Source: an uncultured Gammaproteobacteria bacterium (GTDB taxonomy: Bacteria > Patescibacteriota > Microgenomatia > UBA12405). From it: a stretch of 35,626 nucleotides of DNA. The stretch spans positions 1 through 35,626 of the forward strand of contig CAYSME010000003.1 of the NCBI GenBank assembly GCA_964432085.1. Direction: 5' to 3'. Positions 27,758 to 35,419 of the stretch are shown here, piece after piece. The notes beneath the pieces were generated by a model, which was not told the origin of the DNA, did not search any database, and was given only the letters and a program-made list of their open reading frames with translations. The position numbers were made by a program, and so were the translations under genes. Positions within the stretch are counted from its first letter, which is position 1. Each line of letters begins with the position of its first letter.

Positions 27758-29020
27758 ATGTTAAAATCAACTATGACACAAATTAAACCACAAACTCTAA
27801 AAGGTTTTCGCGATTTTCTTCCCAAAGAAATGACCGTTAGAAACTACGTCAAAAATACTTTAACTCAGCTTTTTGAAAGCTACGGTTTTTTGCCGCTTGA
27901 AACTCCTGCTCTTGAATATGCCTCAGTTTTAAAAGGCAAATATAGCAACGAAACCGATGATAAACTCGGTTATTTTTTCAAAGACAATGGCGATCGAGAC
28001 ATCGGTCTTCGTTATGATTTAACCGTCCCCACTGCTAAAGTATTAGCCATCTATAGTAATAATGAAATTCAACTTCCATTTAAGCGATATCAAATCCAAC
28101 CAGTTTGGCGCGCCGAAAATACTCAGCGTGGTCGTTACCGAGAATTTATCCAGTGTGATATAGATATTTTTGGCAGCACCTCCTCCATCGCTGACGCCGA
28201 AATTATTTCGATAATTTATGCTGGCACCCAAAAATTAAATTTTAAAAATGCCTTAATTAAAATTAATAGCCGATCCATTCTTTTTGATATTTTATCTAAA
28301 AGTAATGTTCAAGATAATCAAAACTTAATACTACAATCTATCGATAAAATGGACAAAATAGGTGAAGATGGAGTAAAAAATGAGCTCAATCAAAAAGGCC
28401 TATCCACTACCCAAATTAATGATATTTTCAAATATATCAAAATAGCACAACCAGATGAAAACCTAAAACAGATTTTTTCTAATTTAAAAGCTCTAAATAT
28501 CCCCGACACCGCTTATATTTTTGACCCTACCCTCGTCCGCGGATGTGACTATTACACCAGCACTATTTTTGAAGTTGCCGTCACTGAGCCAAAAGTTGGT
28601 GCCATTGGCGGTGGTGGTCGTTACGATAATTTAATTAAAACTCTCGGTGGTCCCGATATTCCCGCTGTCGGTTTTTCTTTTGGTTTTGAAAGAGTCGTTG
28701 ATGTTATTCAAGAATTGAATTTACTACCAGAAATTAGTCAGTCAAAAATTAAAATTTTAATTGCCAATTTTGGTGATGAAACTAAATCAGAAATTTTAGA
28801 ATTATTCTCTAAACTGCGACAAAATAGTATTTCATCAATCATTTATCCAGACTCTGATAAACTCGGCAAACAAATAAAATATGCCGATAATTTAGGTATT
28901 CCTTATTTAGCCATCATCGGCACTGACGAAGCTAAAAACAATCAAATAACTCTTAAAAATCTTAAAACTACTGAACAAAAACCCGTTAATTTTGAAGAAT
29001 TAATTAAAATTTTAAAATAA
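27758..29020 (+). CDS. hisS: Histidine--tRNA ligase
   Basis: LKGFRDFLP, RYDLTVP, FKRYQIQPVWRAENTQRGRYREFIQCD, GGGGRYDNL, and a C-terminal anticodon-binding domain. An alternative start is ATG 27773. Confidence 0.93.
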   Translation: MLKSTMTQIKPQTLKGFRDFLPKEMTVRNYVKNTLTQLFESYGFLPLETPALEYASVLKGKYSNETDDKLGYFFKDNGDRDIGLRYDLTVPTAKVLAIYSNNEIQLPFKRYQIQPVWRAENTQRGRYREFIQCDIDIFGSTSSIADAEIISIIYAGTQKLNFKNALIKINSRSILFDILSKSNVQDNQNLILQSIDKMDKIGEDGVKNELNQKGLSTTQINDIFKYIKIAQPDENLKQIFSNLKALNIPDTAYIFDPTLVRGCDYYTSTIFEVAVTEPKVGAIGGGGRYDNLIKTLGGPDIPAVGFSFGFERVVDVIQELNLLPEISQSKIKILIANFGDETKSEILELFSKLRQNSISSIIYPDSDKLGKQIKYADNLGIPYLAIIGTDEAKNNQITLKNLKTTEQKPVNFEELIKILK

Positions 29021-29022
29021 AA

Positions 29023-29616
29023 ATGATAAAAACTATTATTTTTGATGTTGGTGGAGTTTATTTAAAAGGCAGTTTTATCGATTTTGTTAATAAATCAAGA
29101 AAAATTCTAGGCGTAGATGAAAAATTTTATGCTGATAAAGAAGTAACTTTTGATAAAAAATTTAATGAAGGGAAAGTTTCTGCCAAAAAATGTTTTCAAA
29201 AATATTTTTCTGTACCAATTTCTGATTCTCAAATGAAACAAATAATAAAAATTTGGACCTCCACTTGGAAACCAACAAACTCTATGACTAATCTGGTTAC
29301 CAAACTAAGCCAAAATTACCAACTAGCCATTCTTTCTAATTCAGACCCTTTAAATTCACCAAATTATTATAAAAAAGGTTGGTACCAATATTTTGATCCA
29401 ATTGTTTTATCACACGAGGTTGGAATTTTAAAACCAAATAAAAAAATTTATCAAATACTTTTAAGTAAATTAAAGTCAAAACCATCAGAATGTGTTTATA
29501 TAGATGATCAAATAGATTGCCTTAAACCAGCTCAAGAAATGGGTATAAATACTATTTTATTTAAATCCCCCATCCAATTGAAAAAAGATTTAAAAAATCT
29601 TGGAATTTCCCAGTAG
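29023..29616 (+). CDS. HAD-superfamily hydrolase (subfamily IA-like)
   Basis: IIFDVGGV (motif I), ILSNS (motif II), YIDDQ (motif IV). Confidence 0.75.
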   Translation: MIKTIIFDVGGVYLKGSFIDFVNKSRKILGVDEKFYADKEVTFDKKFNEGKVSAKKCFQKYFSVPISDSQMKQIIKIWTSTWKPTNSMTNLVTKLSQNYQLAILSNSDPLNSPNYYKKGWYQYFDPIVLSHEVGILKPNKKIYQILLSKLKSKPSECVYIDDQIDCLKPAQEMGINTILFKSPIQLKKDLKNLGISQ

Positions 29617-29647
29617 AGACGCCCCGCGGGGCGTCTCTACTTTTTTT
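29613..29647. terminator. 28-nt perfect palindrome GTAGAGACGCCCCG/CGGGGCGTCTCTAC plus a T7 run. It is a REP-like hairpin acting as the HAD gene terminator.
   Basis: Read directly. The TAG stop of the HAD gene is the TAG of the GTAG head. Confidence 0.7.
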
Positions 29648-29657
29648 ACAGTTTTTC

Positions 29658-29666
29658 TGATATAAT
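29658..29666 (+). promoter_or_regulatory. Extended -10 promoter TGATATAAT, 7 nt upstream of the rpmE ATG
   Basis: TGATATAATaaccccTATG with no Shine-Dalgarno. Confidence 0.5.
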
Positions 29667-29673
29667 AACCCCT

Positions 29674-29928
29674 ATGAAACAAGGAATCCATCCACAATAT
29701 TACGATAATTGCCAAGTCAATTGTGTTTGCGGCAATAAATTCACCACCGGTTCAACCTTAGAAAAAATCGATGTTGAAGTCTGTTCTAAATGCCATCCTT
29801 TCTTTACTGGTCAACAAAAATTCGTTGACATTAAAGGCCGCATCGACAAATTCAATGAAAAAGTAAATCAAGGTAAAAAATATGCTGCTACTAAAGCTAC
29901 TAAAAAAGAAACTAAAAAATCAAACTAG
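29674..29928 (+). CDS. rpmE: 50S ribosomal protein L31 (Zn-ribbon form)
   Basis: [10 protein letters not shown] start. CxC ... [10 protein letters not shown] motifs. Confidence 0.9.
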   Translation: MKQGIHPQYYDNCQVNCVCGNKFTTGSTLEKIDVEVCSKCHPFFTGQQKFVDIKGRIDKFNEKVNQGKKYAATKATKKETKKSN

Positions 29929-29944
29929 TTTAACCTAAATTTAT

Positions 29945-29972
29945 GTAAGGGCGGACCGATGTGTCCGCCCTT
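29945..29972 (+). repeat. REP-like hairpin GTAAGGGCGGAC-cgatgt-GTCCGCCCTT after rpmE
   Basis: 10-bp stem starting 17 nt after the rpmE stop, with the same GTA(A/G)GGGCG head as the hairpins at 14438 and 33897. Confidence 0.55.
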
Positions 29973-29989
29973 TAATATATAATCAAACT

Positions 29990-30718
29990 ATGCCAAACAT
30001 TAATCAAAATATCGCCATCATGGAATTTCATCCAGGTCCCGGAGGTCAAGAGGCCACCATTTGGGCCAATGACTTAATGAACATGTATACCCGCTATGCC
30101 AACAAAGTTGGTTGGAAGGTTATTCAACTTGACGAAAATATTATTCAAATTTCTGGTTTTGACGCCTACAACCAATTAAAATACGAAGCCGGCACCCACC
30201 GTGTTCAACGAATTCCAGTCACTGAAAAACGAGGTCGTATTCAAACTTCAACTGCTTCCATTGTTATTATGCCTCAAATCGAATCCAAAGAAATTAATTT
30301 TAGTATGGATGATGTGGTTATTACCGCCAGCAGAGCCGGTGGTAATGGTGGTCAAAACGTTAATAAAGTTTCCACTGCTGTTCATCTAGTCCATAAACCA
30401 ACTGGTTTAATGTTTGACGTCCGAACCGAACGTTATCAACAGCAAAATCGAGAAATCGCCCTCAAACTTCTTCAAAACAAGCTCTATCAAATGGAAGAAG
30501 AAAAAAAACAGGCCGAAATCTCAGCCGGTCGTGCTGGTATTAGTCAATCAGGACGAGCCGATAAAATCCGAACATATAATTACCCCAGAAATCAAGTAAA
30601 AGACCACAGGATAGAAAAATCTTTTAATAACTTAGATTCGATTATGCAAGGCAATTTAGATGATTTATTACTAGAACTCACCACCCTCGACCAACCGATT
30701 GAAGAAAAGAAAGACTAA
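29990..30718 (+). CDS. prfA: Peptide chain release factor 1, lacking N-terminal domain 1 (242 aa)
   Basis: PVT codon-recognition tripeptide ([14 protein letters not shown]), GGQ motif ([13 protein letters not shown]), [15 protein letters not shown]. The alignment starts at about residue 105 of E. coli RF1. Confidence 0.85.
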   Translation: MPNINQNIAIMEFHPGPGGQEATIWANDLMNMYTRYANKVGWKVIQLDENIIQISGFDAYNQLKYEAGTHRVQRIPVTEKRGRIQTSTASIVIMPQIESKEINFSMDDVVITASRAGGNGGQNVNKVSTAVHLVHKPTGLMFDVRTERYQQQNREIALKLLQNKLYQMEEEKKQAEISAGRAGISQSGRADKIRTYNYPRNQVKDHRIEKSFNNLDSIMQGNLDDLLLELTTLDQPIEEKKD

Positions 30719-31740
30719 CTCTGTTTCTTTTCCAACATCACCCTCACCTCTTGCTCCACTTTATCTCTCATAATTTTTAAAATCACCGTTTGTCCAATTT
30801 TTTTATTATTAATCATTTTTACTAACGCACCATCATCACTTGTATCTATTTCCTCACCATCAACTTTAATAATAAAATCCCCTATTTTAATATCCGATTT
30901 ACTGGCCGGACTATTTTCCAAAATACTTTGTACCAAAGCCCCTTTTTGACTACCACTCGAAATCATTTTATAACCCACGCCCAAATATGGCCTTTCAAAT
31001 TCGCCAGTTTTTCTAAAATAATCAATGGAATCTTTAACTAAGTTTATTGGCAATGCAAAGCCAATATTTTGACCATTAGCTGAAACCGCCACATTAACCC
31101 CAATCACTTGCCCACTCGAGTTAAACAAAGGACCACCAGAATTACCTGGATTAATTGCCGCATCAGTCTGAATCACATTTTCCAGCTTTTCCGAATATTC
31201 AGCCGATCCTGCTGTAATTCCTCTACCTAATCCAGATACTATTCCTTTCGTTACCGTCGATCTAAATTCTCCCAATGGAGTTCCAATCGCAATTACCGAT
31301 TGTCCCACCTTTAATTTATCAGAATCACCCAATTCCACCGCTATTAAATCCTGAGCCGGCCGAAGGACCTTAAGTATGGCTAAATCATTTAATGGATCCC
31401 TATAAATATTTTTAACCTCCACAACTTCATCTTTTCCAATGACTACCTTATAATTTAAAGTCGTATCTGCCACCACATGTTTATTGGTCACCACTAATCC
31501 ATCACTAGTTACAATAAATCCACTTCCCACATCCCGACTAGTCTCTATATTTGAAGCCGAAATAGTTACCACACTTGGAGTTGCCAACTCAACCACTTTT
31601 GTCACAACCGATTCCTCGTCTACGATTTGAGTCTTAATTATATTTTTCTTTTCTTTCAAAACAAAACTAATCTGATAAACCAACCCCATCACTAACATTC
31701 CTAAAATCAATCCAATTAAAATTCCTTTTTTATTTTTCAT
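30715..31740 (-). CDS. HtrA/DegP-family serine protease with one PDZ domain
   Basis: N-terminal TM. TNKHV (His), DLAILK (Asp), GNSGGPLF (Ser). C-terminal PDZ ([19 protein letters not shown]). Confidence 0.85.
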   Translation of the reverse strand: MKNKKGILIGLILGMLVMGLVYQISFVLKEKKNIIKTQIVDEESVVTKVVELATPSVVTISASNIETSRDVGSGFIVTSDGLVVTNKHVVADTTLNYKVVIGKDEVVEVKNIYRDPLNDLAILKVLRPAQDLIAVELGDSDKLKVGQSVIAIGTPLGEFRSTVTKGIVSGLGRGITAGSAEYSEKLENVIQTDAAINPGNSGGPLFNSSGQVIGVNVAVSANGQNIGFALPINLVKDSIDYFRKTGEFERPYLGVGYKMISSGSQKGALVQSILENSPASKSDIKIGDFIIKVDGEEIDTSDDGALVKMINNKKIGQTVILKIMRDKVEQEVRVMLEKKQS

Positions 31741-31742
31741 TA

Positions 31743-32960
31743 CTATTTAAATATTTCTTCAATTGCCTTATCCAATTGAACATCAGTTTTATCAGTGTCA
31801 CTGGTTTTCACCTCCACATCCGGCACAATTCCTTCTCCATGTATATTTTTTCCACTTGGCAATAACCATTTTGCAATGGTCACATGTAAACCACTACCAT
31901 CGGCAAAATCTTCTGGCTGTTGCACTGTTCCCTTACCAAAACTTTTTACCCCAACCAATCTTGCCCGATTATATTCCTTAAGTGCTCCTGCTAAAATTTC
32001 TGAAGCTGAGGCTGAACCGCCATTGATCAGTACCACCAATTTTTCATTTAATAAATTTCCATAACCTTTTTCTACATCATATTTTTCTTTTTTACCATCA
32101 TATGACTGTTGAGTCACAATCGTTCCTTCCTTAACAAAATCAGAAGCCACTAAAACACTGGCCTGTAAATATCCACCAGGATTATTTCTTAAATCCAATA
32201 TTATTCCACCCAAATCCTTTTCTGATTTAATTTCACTTACTTTTTCCGGCCAATCTTTAAATAAAGTTTCAGTAAATTGATTAATCGTCACCACAGCAAC
32301 TTTTCTCTTTTCAGTCGTCGAAGCTTTAGTGAAGTCGATCCAATCCAAAGTTATATTTGGCACTGTAATTGTGTCCCTTTTCAAAACCACATCAAAATAA
32401 TCACTCTTGCCCTCACGATACATTTTTAAGGTTACTTCAGTTCCAACTTCTCCTCTAATCAAAGTCAACGCCTCGTTTAAAGAAATGTTTGTCGTATCCT
32501 TATCAACATTATTTTTTTTATCGGTTATATGCAATATTAAATCGCCTGCTTTTACACCTGCTTTATCCGCCGGAGTGCCTTTTAACGGAGCCATTACTGC
32601 CAATATCCCATCTTTATAGCCTAATGAAATTCCCACACCTCCAAATTCACCCGCCAAACTCTCATTAGTGCTCTTATTTTCATCCGGATTTAAAAACACC
32701 GTATACGGATCCCCTAATGCCGCCACCATTCCCTTAACAGCACCATACTCCAAATTTTTATCTACAATTTTGTCTTTTTCTAAAAATAAATTATTCAACT
32801 CATTTTTCACTTTCCACATTAAAGTTAAATTTAATTTATCGCCGGTTTCACTTGTAACCACCCCAGAAGTATCCCTCCCAATCTTAAAACTTACCAAAGA
32901 AACAACGGACAATAAGGCCAAAACTATAAATAAATTCCTAATATCTTTAAATTTCATCAT
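31743..32960 (-). CDS. ctpA: S41-family carboxyl-terminal processing protease
   Basis: PDZ (GTPADKAGVKAGDLIL), LDLRNNPGG, catalytic GGSASASEILAGAL and FGKGTVQ. Confidence 0.85.
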   Translation of the reverse strand: MMKFKDIRNLFIVLALLSVVSLVSFKIGRDTSGVVTSETGDKLNLTLMWKVKNELNNLFLEKDKIVDKNLEYGAVKGMVAALGDPYTVFLNPDENKSTNESLAGEFGGVGISLGYKDGILAVMAPLKGTPADKAGVKAGDLILHITDKKNNVDKDTTNISLNEALTLIRGEVGTEVTLKMYREGKSDYFDVVLKRDTITVPNITLDWIDFTKASTTEKRKVAVVTINQFTETLFKDWPEKVSEIKSEKDLGGIILDLRNNPGGYLQASVLVASDFVKEGTIVTQQSYDGKKEKYDVEKGYGNLLNEKLVVLINGGSASASEILAGALKEYNRARLVGVKSFGKGTVQQPEDFADGSGLHVTIAKWLLPSGKNIHGEGIVPDVEVKTSDTDKTDVQLDKAIEEIFK

Positions 32961-33707
32961 CTATTCTAACACCAATAACAATTTATCCATCCTAGCATTT
33001 ATCAACATCTTTCTTTTTTTGCCCAAATTTTCTTTCATAAAATCATCCCAAATCTCCTTTTCCAACCTTAACACCGGAATATCTATATCCACTTCTTTAA
33101 TCTCATCATTTCCTAAAACCACCACCGCATTGGCTCCAATCACTAAAGCCTTCAACAAAAAAGCCCTATCTAAATTTTCAGTAAATAAAACCGCCTCACC
33201 CATTTCATAATTAAGCATTTTAATATCATTCATAATTTTTATCTCTCCTTCTCCCCAGGTCTTTAATCCATTTAAACCCTGCCCTGGATATTCTTTCGCT
33301 TTAAACTCCAAAACCATTTTTCCATCTTCTATTTTTCCAACCTTAGCATCAACCGGTGAAAAAACTTCCTTTTTCTCGTCTTCAACTCTCTCTATTTTCA
33401 AATTTTTAAATTCATCAAAACCTAAGCAGATACCAGACATAGGAAAACATATATCTTTTTTAAAAGCTCCGGTTTTACAAAAAAGATCACCTTCAGATAC
33501 TGTTTTCTCATTAAAAAAATTATTCAACTCCTCTCTCTTCTCTTCACTCATTTTCGCCAAATTACCACTATAATCAAAAGTTTCCACTAAATGACTGTTA
33601 AAAACGGCTAATTTTTGTCCTTTCTCTACTTTATCTCCAACATCAACTAAAATCTTTGCCTTAATTGGCAGTTTAATTGTCCATGTTCCTTTATCTTTAA
33701 CCTTCAT
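32961..33707 (-). CDS. Hypothetical protein with lipoyl/hybrid-barrel-like segments, first gene of the CtpA-HtrA operon
   Basis: IKAKILVDVGDKVEKGQKLAV and VDAKVGKIEDGKMVLEF resemble barrel-sandwich hybrid motifs. Its stop directly abuts the ctpA ATG. A TATAAT box lies 6 nt upstream of its ATG. Confidence 0.5.
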   Translation of the reverse strand: MKVKDKGTWTIKLPIKAKILVDVGDKVEKGQKLAVFNSHLVETFDYSGNLAKMSEEKREELNNFFNEKTVSEGDLFCKTGAFKKDICFPMSGICLGFDEFKNLKIERVEDEKKEVFSPVDAKVGKIEDGKMVLEFKAKEYPGQGLNGLKTWGEGEIKIMNDIKMLNYEMGEAVLFTENLDRAFLLKALVIGANAVVVLGNDEIKEVDIDIPVLRLEKEIWDDFMKENLGKKRKMLINARMDKLLLVLE

Positions 33708-33732
33708 CTATTTATTATAACCAAAAAATCTC

Positions 33733-34230
33733 TTAAATATTCATCGGGTTCTCTGTAATATATTTTTTGATCATTAAATATTCTTTTTCATTCCTAATGA
33801 TTCGTTCATAATAATTTCGTTGCCATAATTTAAAACCAATTTCCTTTGATGTATTCATTTTCAAATATCCAATAATATTGGATAATAATGATCTATGTAG
33901 GGGCGATTCATGAATCGTCCCATTATTTAAATTAAAATTAATTTTATTAATATTCATTTTGGGCGAATCATGATTCGCCCCTACAATTTTAATGATCATG
34001 TGTAAATGATCTGGCATTATTTGGTAATCATCAATTCTGATTTTAAAACGATTTATTAAATTTAATAACCAAATTTTACATATCAAACCATTTTTGTTTA
34101 AAATCATCTGACTATTTTCAATTTCCCCAAAAACATTTTTACGATTTTGAACACACATTGTCACAAAATAATAACCGTTACCTGAATAATCATAATCGTT
34201 TAAACGAATCGATCTTCTGTGATATTTCAC
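33733..34230 (-). CDS. IS200/IS605-superfamily Y1 (HUH) transposase-like protein, RAYT type
   Basis: YYFVTMCVQNR, HUH motif MPDHLHMIIKI, C-terminal IKKYITENPMN catalytic-Tyr helix. GTG start. Confidence 0.75.
   Translation of the reverse strand: MKYHRRSIRLNDYDYSGNGYYFVTMCVQNRKNVFGEIENSQMILNKNGLICKIWLLNLINRFKIRIDDYQIMPDHLHMIIKIVGANHDSPKMNINKINFNLNNGTIHESPLHRSLLSNIIGYLKMNTSKEIGFKLWQRNYYERIIRNEKEYLMIKKYITENPMNI
33897..33984. repeat. Inverted pair of REP-like hairpins (REPIN-like doublet) embedded in frame in the second RAYT-like ORF
   Basis: GTAGGGGCGATTCATGAATCGTCCC (33897..33921) and GGGCGAATCATGATTCGCCCCTAC (33961..33984), with GTAG heads facing outward. They encode VGANHDSP ... GTIHESPLH. 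Confidence 0.7.
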
Positions 34231-34242
34231 ACGTTAATAATA

Positions 34243-34270
34243 CCAAAAACCCCTCTTTTCAAAGGGGTTT
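34243..34270 (-). terminator. Rho-independent terminator of rpsR
   Basis: On the minus strand: AAACCCCT-ttgaaaag-AGGGGTTT followed by a T-run, 23 nt after the rpsR stop. Confidence 0.65.
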
Positions 34271-34292
34271 AAAATCAATTTAAAAACGAGAT

Positions 34293-34544
34293 TTATTGTG
34301 TTGTAAAAGGCAATAAAGCTAAATGTCTGGCTTGTTTAATCGCCTTAACCAATTTTCTTTGATGTCTGGAACAAGTTCCACTAAATTGAGATCCAATAAT
34401 TCTAGATCTAGCAGATAAATACTCCTTCATTTTTTCATAATCCTGCCAATTAGGATTTGTATCAGTTTTACAAAAAGAACAGCCTTTTTCTCGACCTCTT
34501 CTCTTTGCAGCTAATATATTATCTTTTTTGCTTTTTTTAATCAT
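34293..34544 (-). CDS. rpsR: 30S ribosomal protein S18
   Basis: CSFCK ... YLSARSRIIGSQFSGTCSRHQRKLVKAIKQARHLALLPF. Strong Shine-Dalgarno AAGGAGAGG. Confidence 0.9.
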   Translation of the reverse strand: MIKKSKKDNILAAKRRGREKGCSFCKTDTNPNWQDYEKMKEYLSARSRIIGSQFSGTCSRHQRKLVKAIKQARHLALLPFTTQ

Positions 34545-34553
34545 ATCCTCTCC

Positions 34554-35081
34554 TTAAAAAGGCATTTCTTCAGCCTTCTTTTCTTCAGTAACTTCTTCAG
34601 TGGTAGTTTTTTCTTCCGTAACTGGAATTTCACCCAAATCATCCGGAATCACAATATCTTCCATTGGAGCATCTTGAGTTTCAAGTGGTAAATCTGCCTC
34701 ACCGCCTAAATCACCAGTTACATTATGTTGATCATTACTAACACCTTTATTATCAAGAATCACCATATCATCAATGATAATTTCTGCAATTTGTTTTTTA
34801 TTATTTTCTTGATCGACAAAATCTCTGTATTGAATTCGACCGTCGACATAAACTCTTCGACCTTTTGATAAAAGTTGTGAACAAAGTTCAGCTAATTTAT
34901 TCCAAGCCACAATTCGGTGAAATTGAGCATCTTCTTTTCTCTCACCTTGTTTGGTTACCCAAACTCTATTAGTAGCTAAACCGAAAGAAGCTACTGCCAT
35001 ACCGGCTGGAGTATATCTTAACTCTGGGTCACGAGTTAAATTACCTATTAACATTACCCTATTGAGACATCTACTTGGCAT
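34554..35081 (-). CDS. ssb: Single-stranded DNA-binding protein
   Basis: LNRVMLIGNLTRDPELRYTPAGMAVASFGLATN OB fold and an acidic tail ending EEMPF. The start is placed at ATG 35081. The ORF track gives GTG at 35099. Confidence 0.9.
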   Translation of the reverse strand: MPSRCLNRVMLIGNLTRDPELRYTPAGMAVASFGLATNRVWVTKQGERKEDAQFHRIVAWNKLAELCSQLLSKGRRVYVDGRIQYRDFVDQENNKKQIAEIIIDDMVILDNKGVSNDQHNVTGDLGGEADLPLETQDAPMEDIVIPDDLGEIPVTEEKTTTEEVTEEKKAEEMPF

Positions 35082-35122
35082 AGTTTTATTTACCCCCACA
35101 ACTGCGGGGTCTCCTCATTTCT

Positions 35123-35413
35123 TTAAATTTTTAATATTAAATAACGAATAATATTTGTTTCTCTGTCTAGTAAAAGATTAAAGTCTTTTACTTTTAAACT
35201 TTCTTTAGACTCTACGTCTAAAACCCAAAAATCACCTTTATCATGATCTTGTATTTGATAAGCTAACTCTTTAAGACCCATATGATCTTTATTAGTTATC
35301 TCTGCCTTATTACTTTCTAACCAAGAATAAGCCTTATTCAAAACTTTTTCTTTGTCTTCAGTCTTTGGACTTAAAACTATTATGATTTGATATTGATATT
35401 TACTTCCTTTCAT
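35123..35413 (-). CDS. rpsF: 30S ribosomal protein S6
   Basis: YQIIIVLSP ... DHMGLKELAYQIQDHDKGDFWVL ... NIIRYLILK. Conserved rpsF-ssb-rpsR order. Confidence 0.85.
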   Translation of the reverse strand: MKGSKYQYQIIIVLSPKTEDKEKVLNKAYSWLESNKAEITNKDHMGLKELAYQIQDHDKGDFWVLDVESKESLKVKDFNLLLDRETNIIRYLILKI

Positions 35414-35419
35414 GAACTC

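Noticed and set aside
31763-33210. Plus-strand ORFs 31763..31981, 31795..32064, 32407..32619 and 32668..33210
   Set aside because: They lie antisense to the S41 protease and the orphan gene. Their Ser/Leu/Phe-rich composition is what is expected from the reverse frame of an AT-rich gene.
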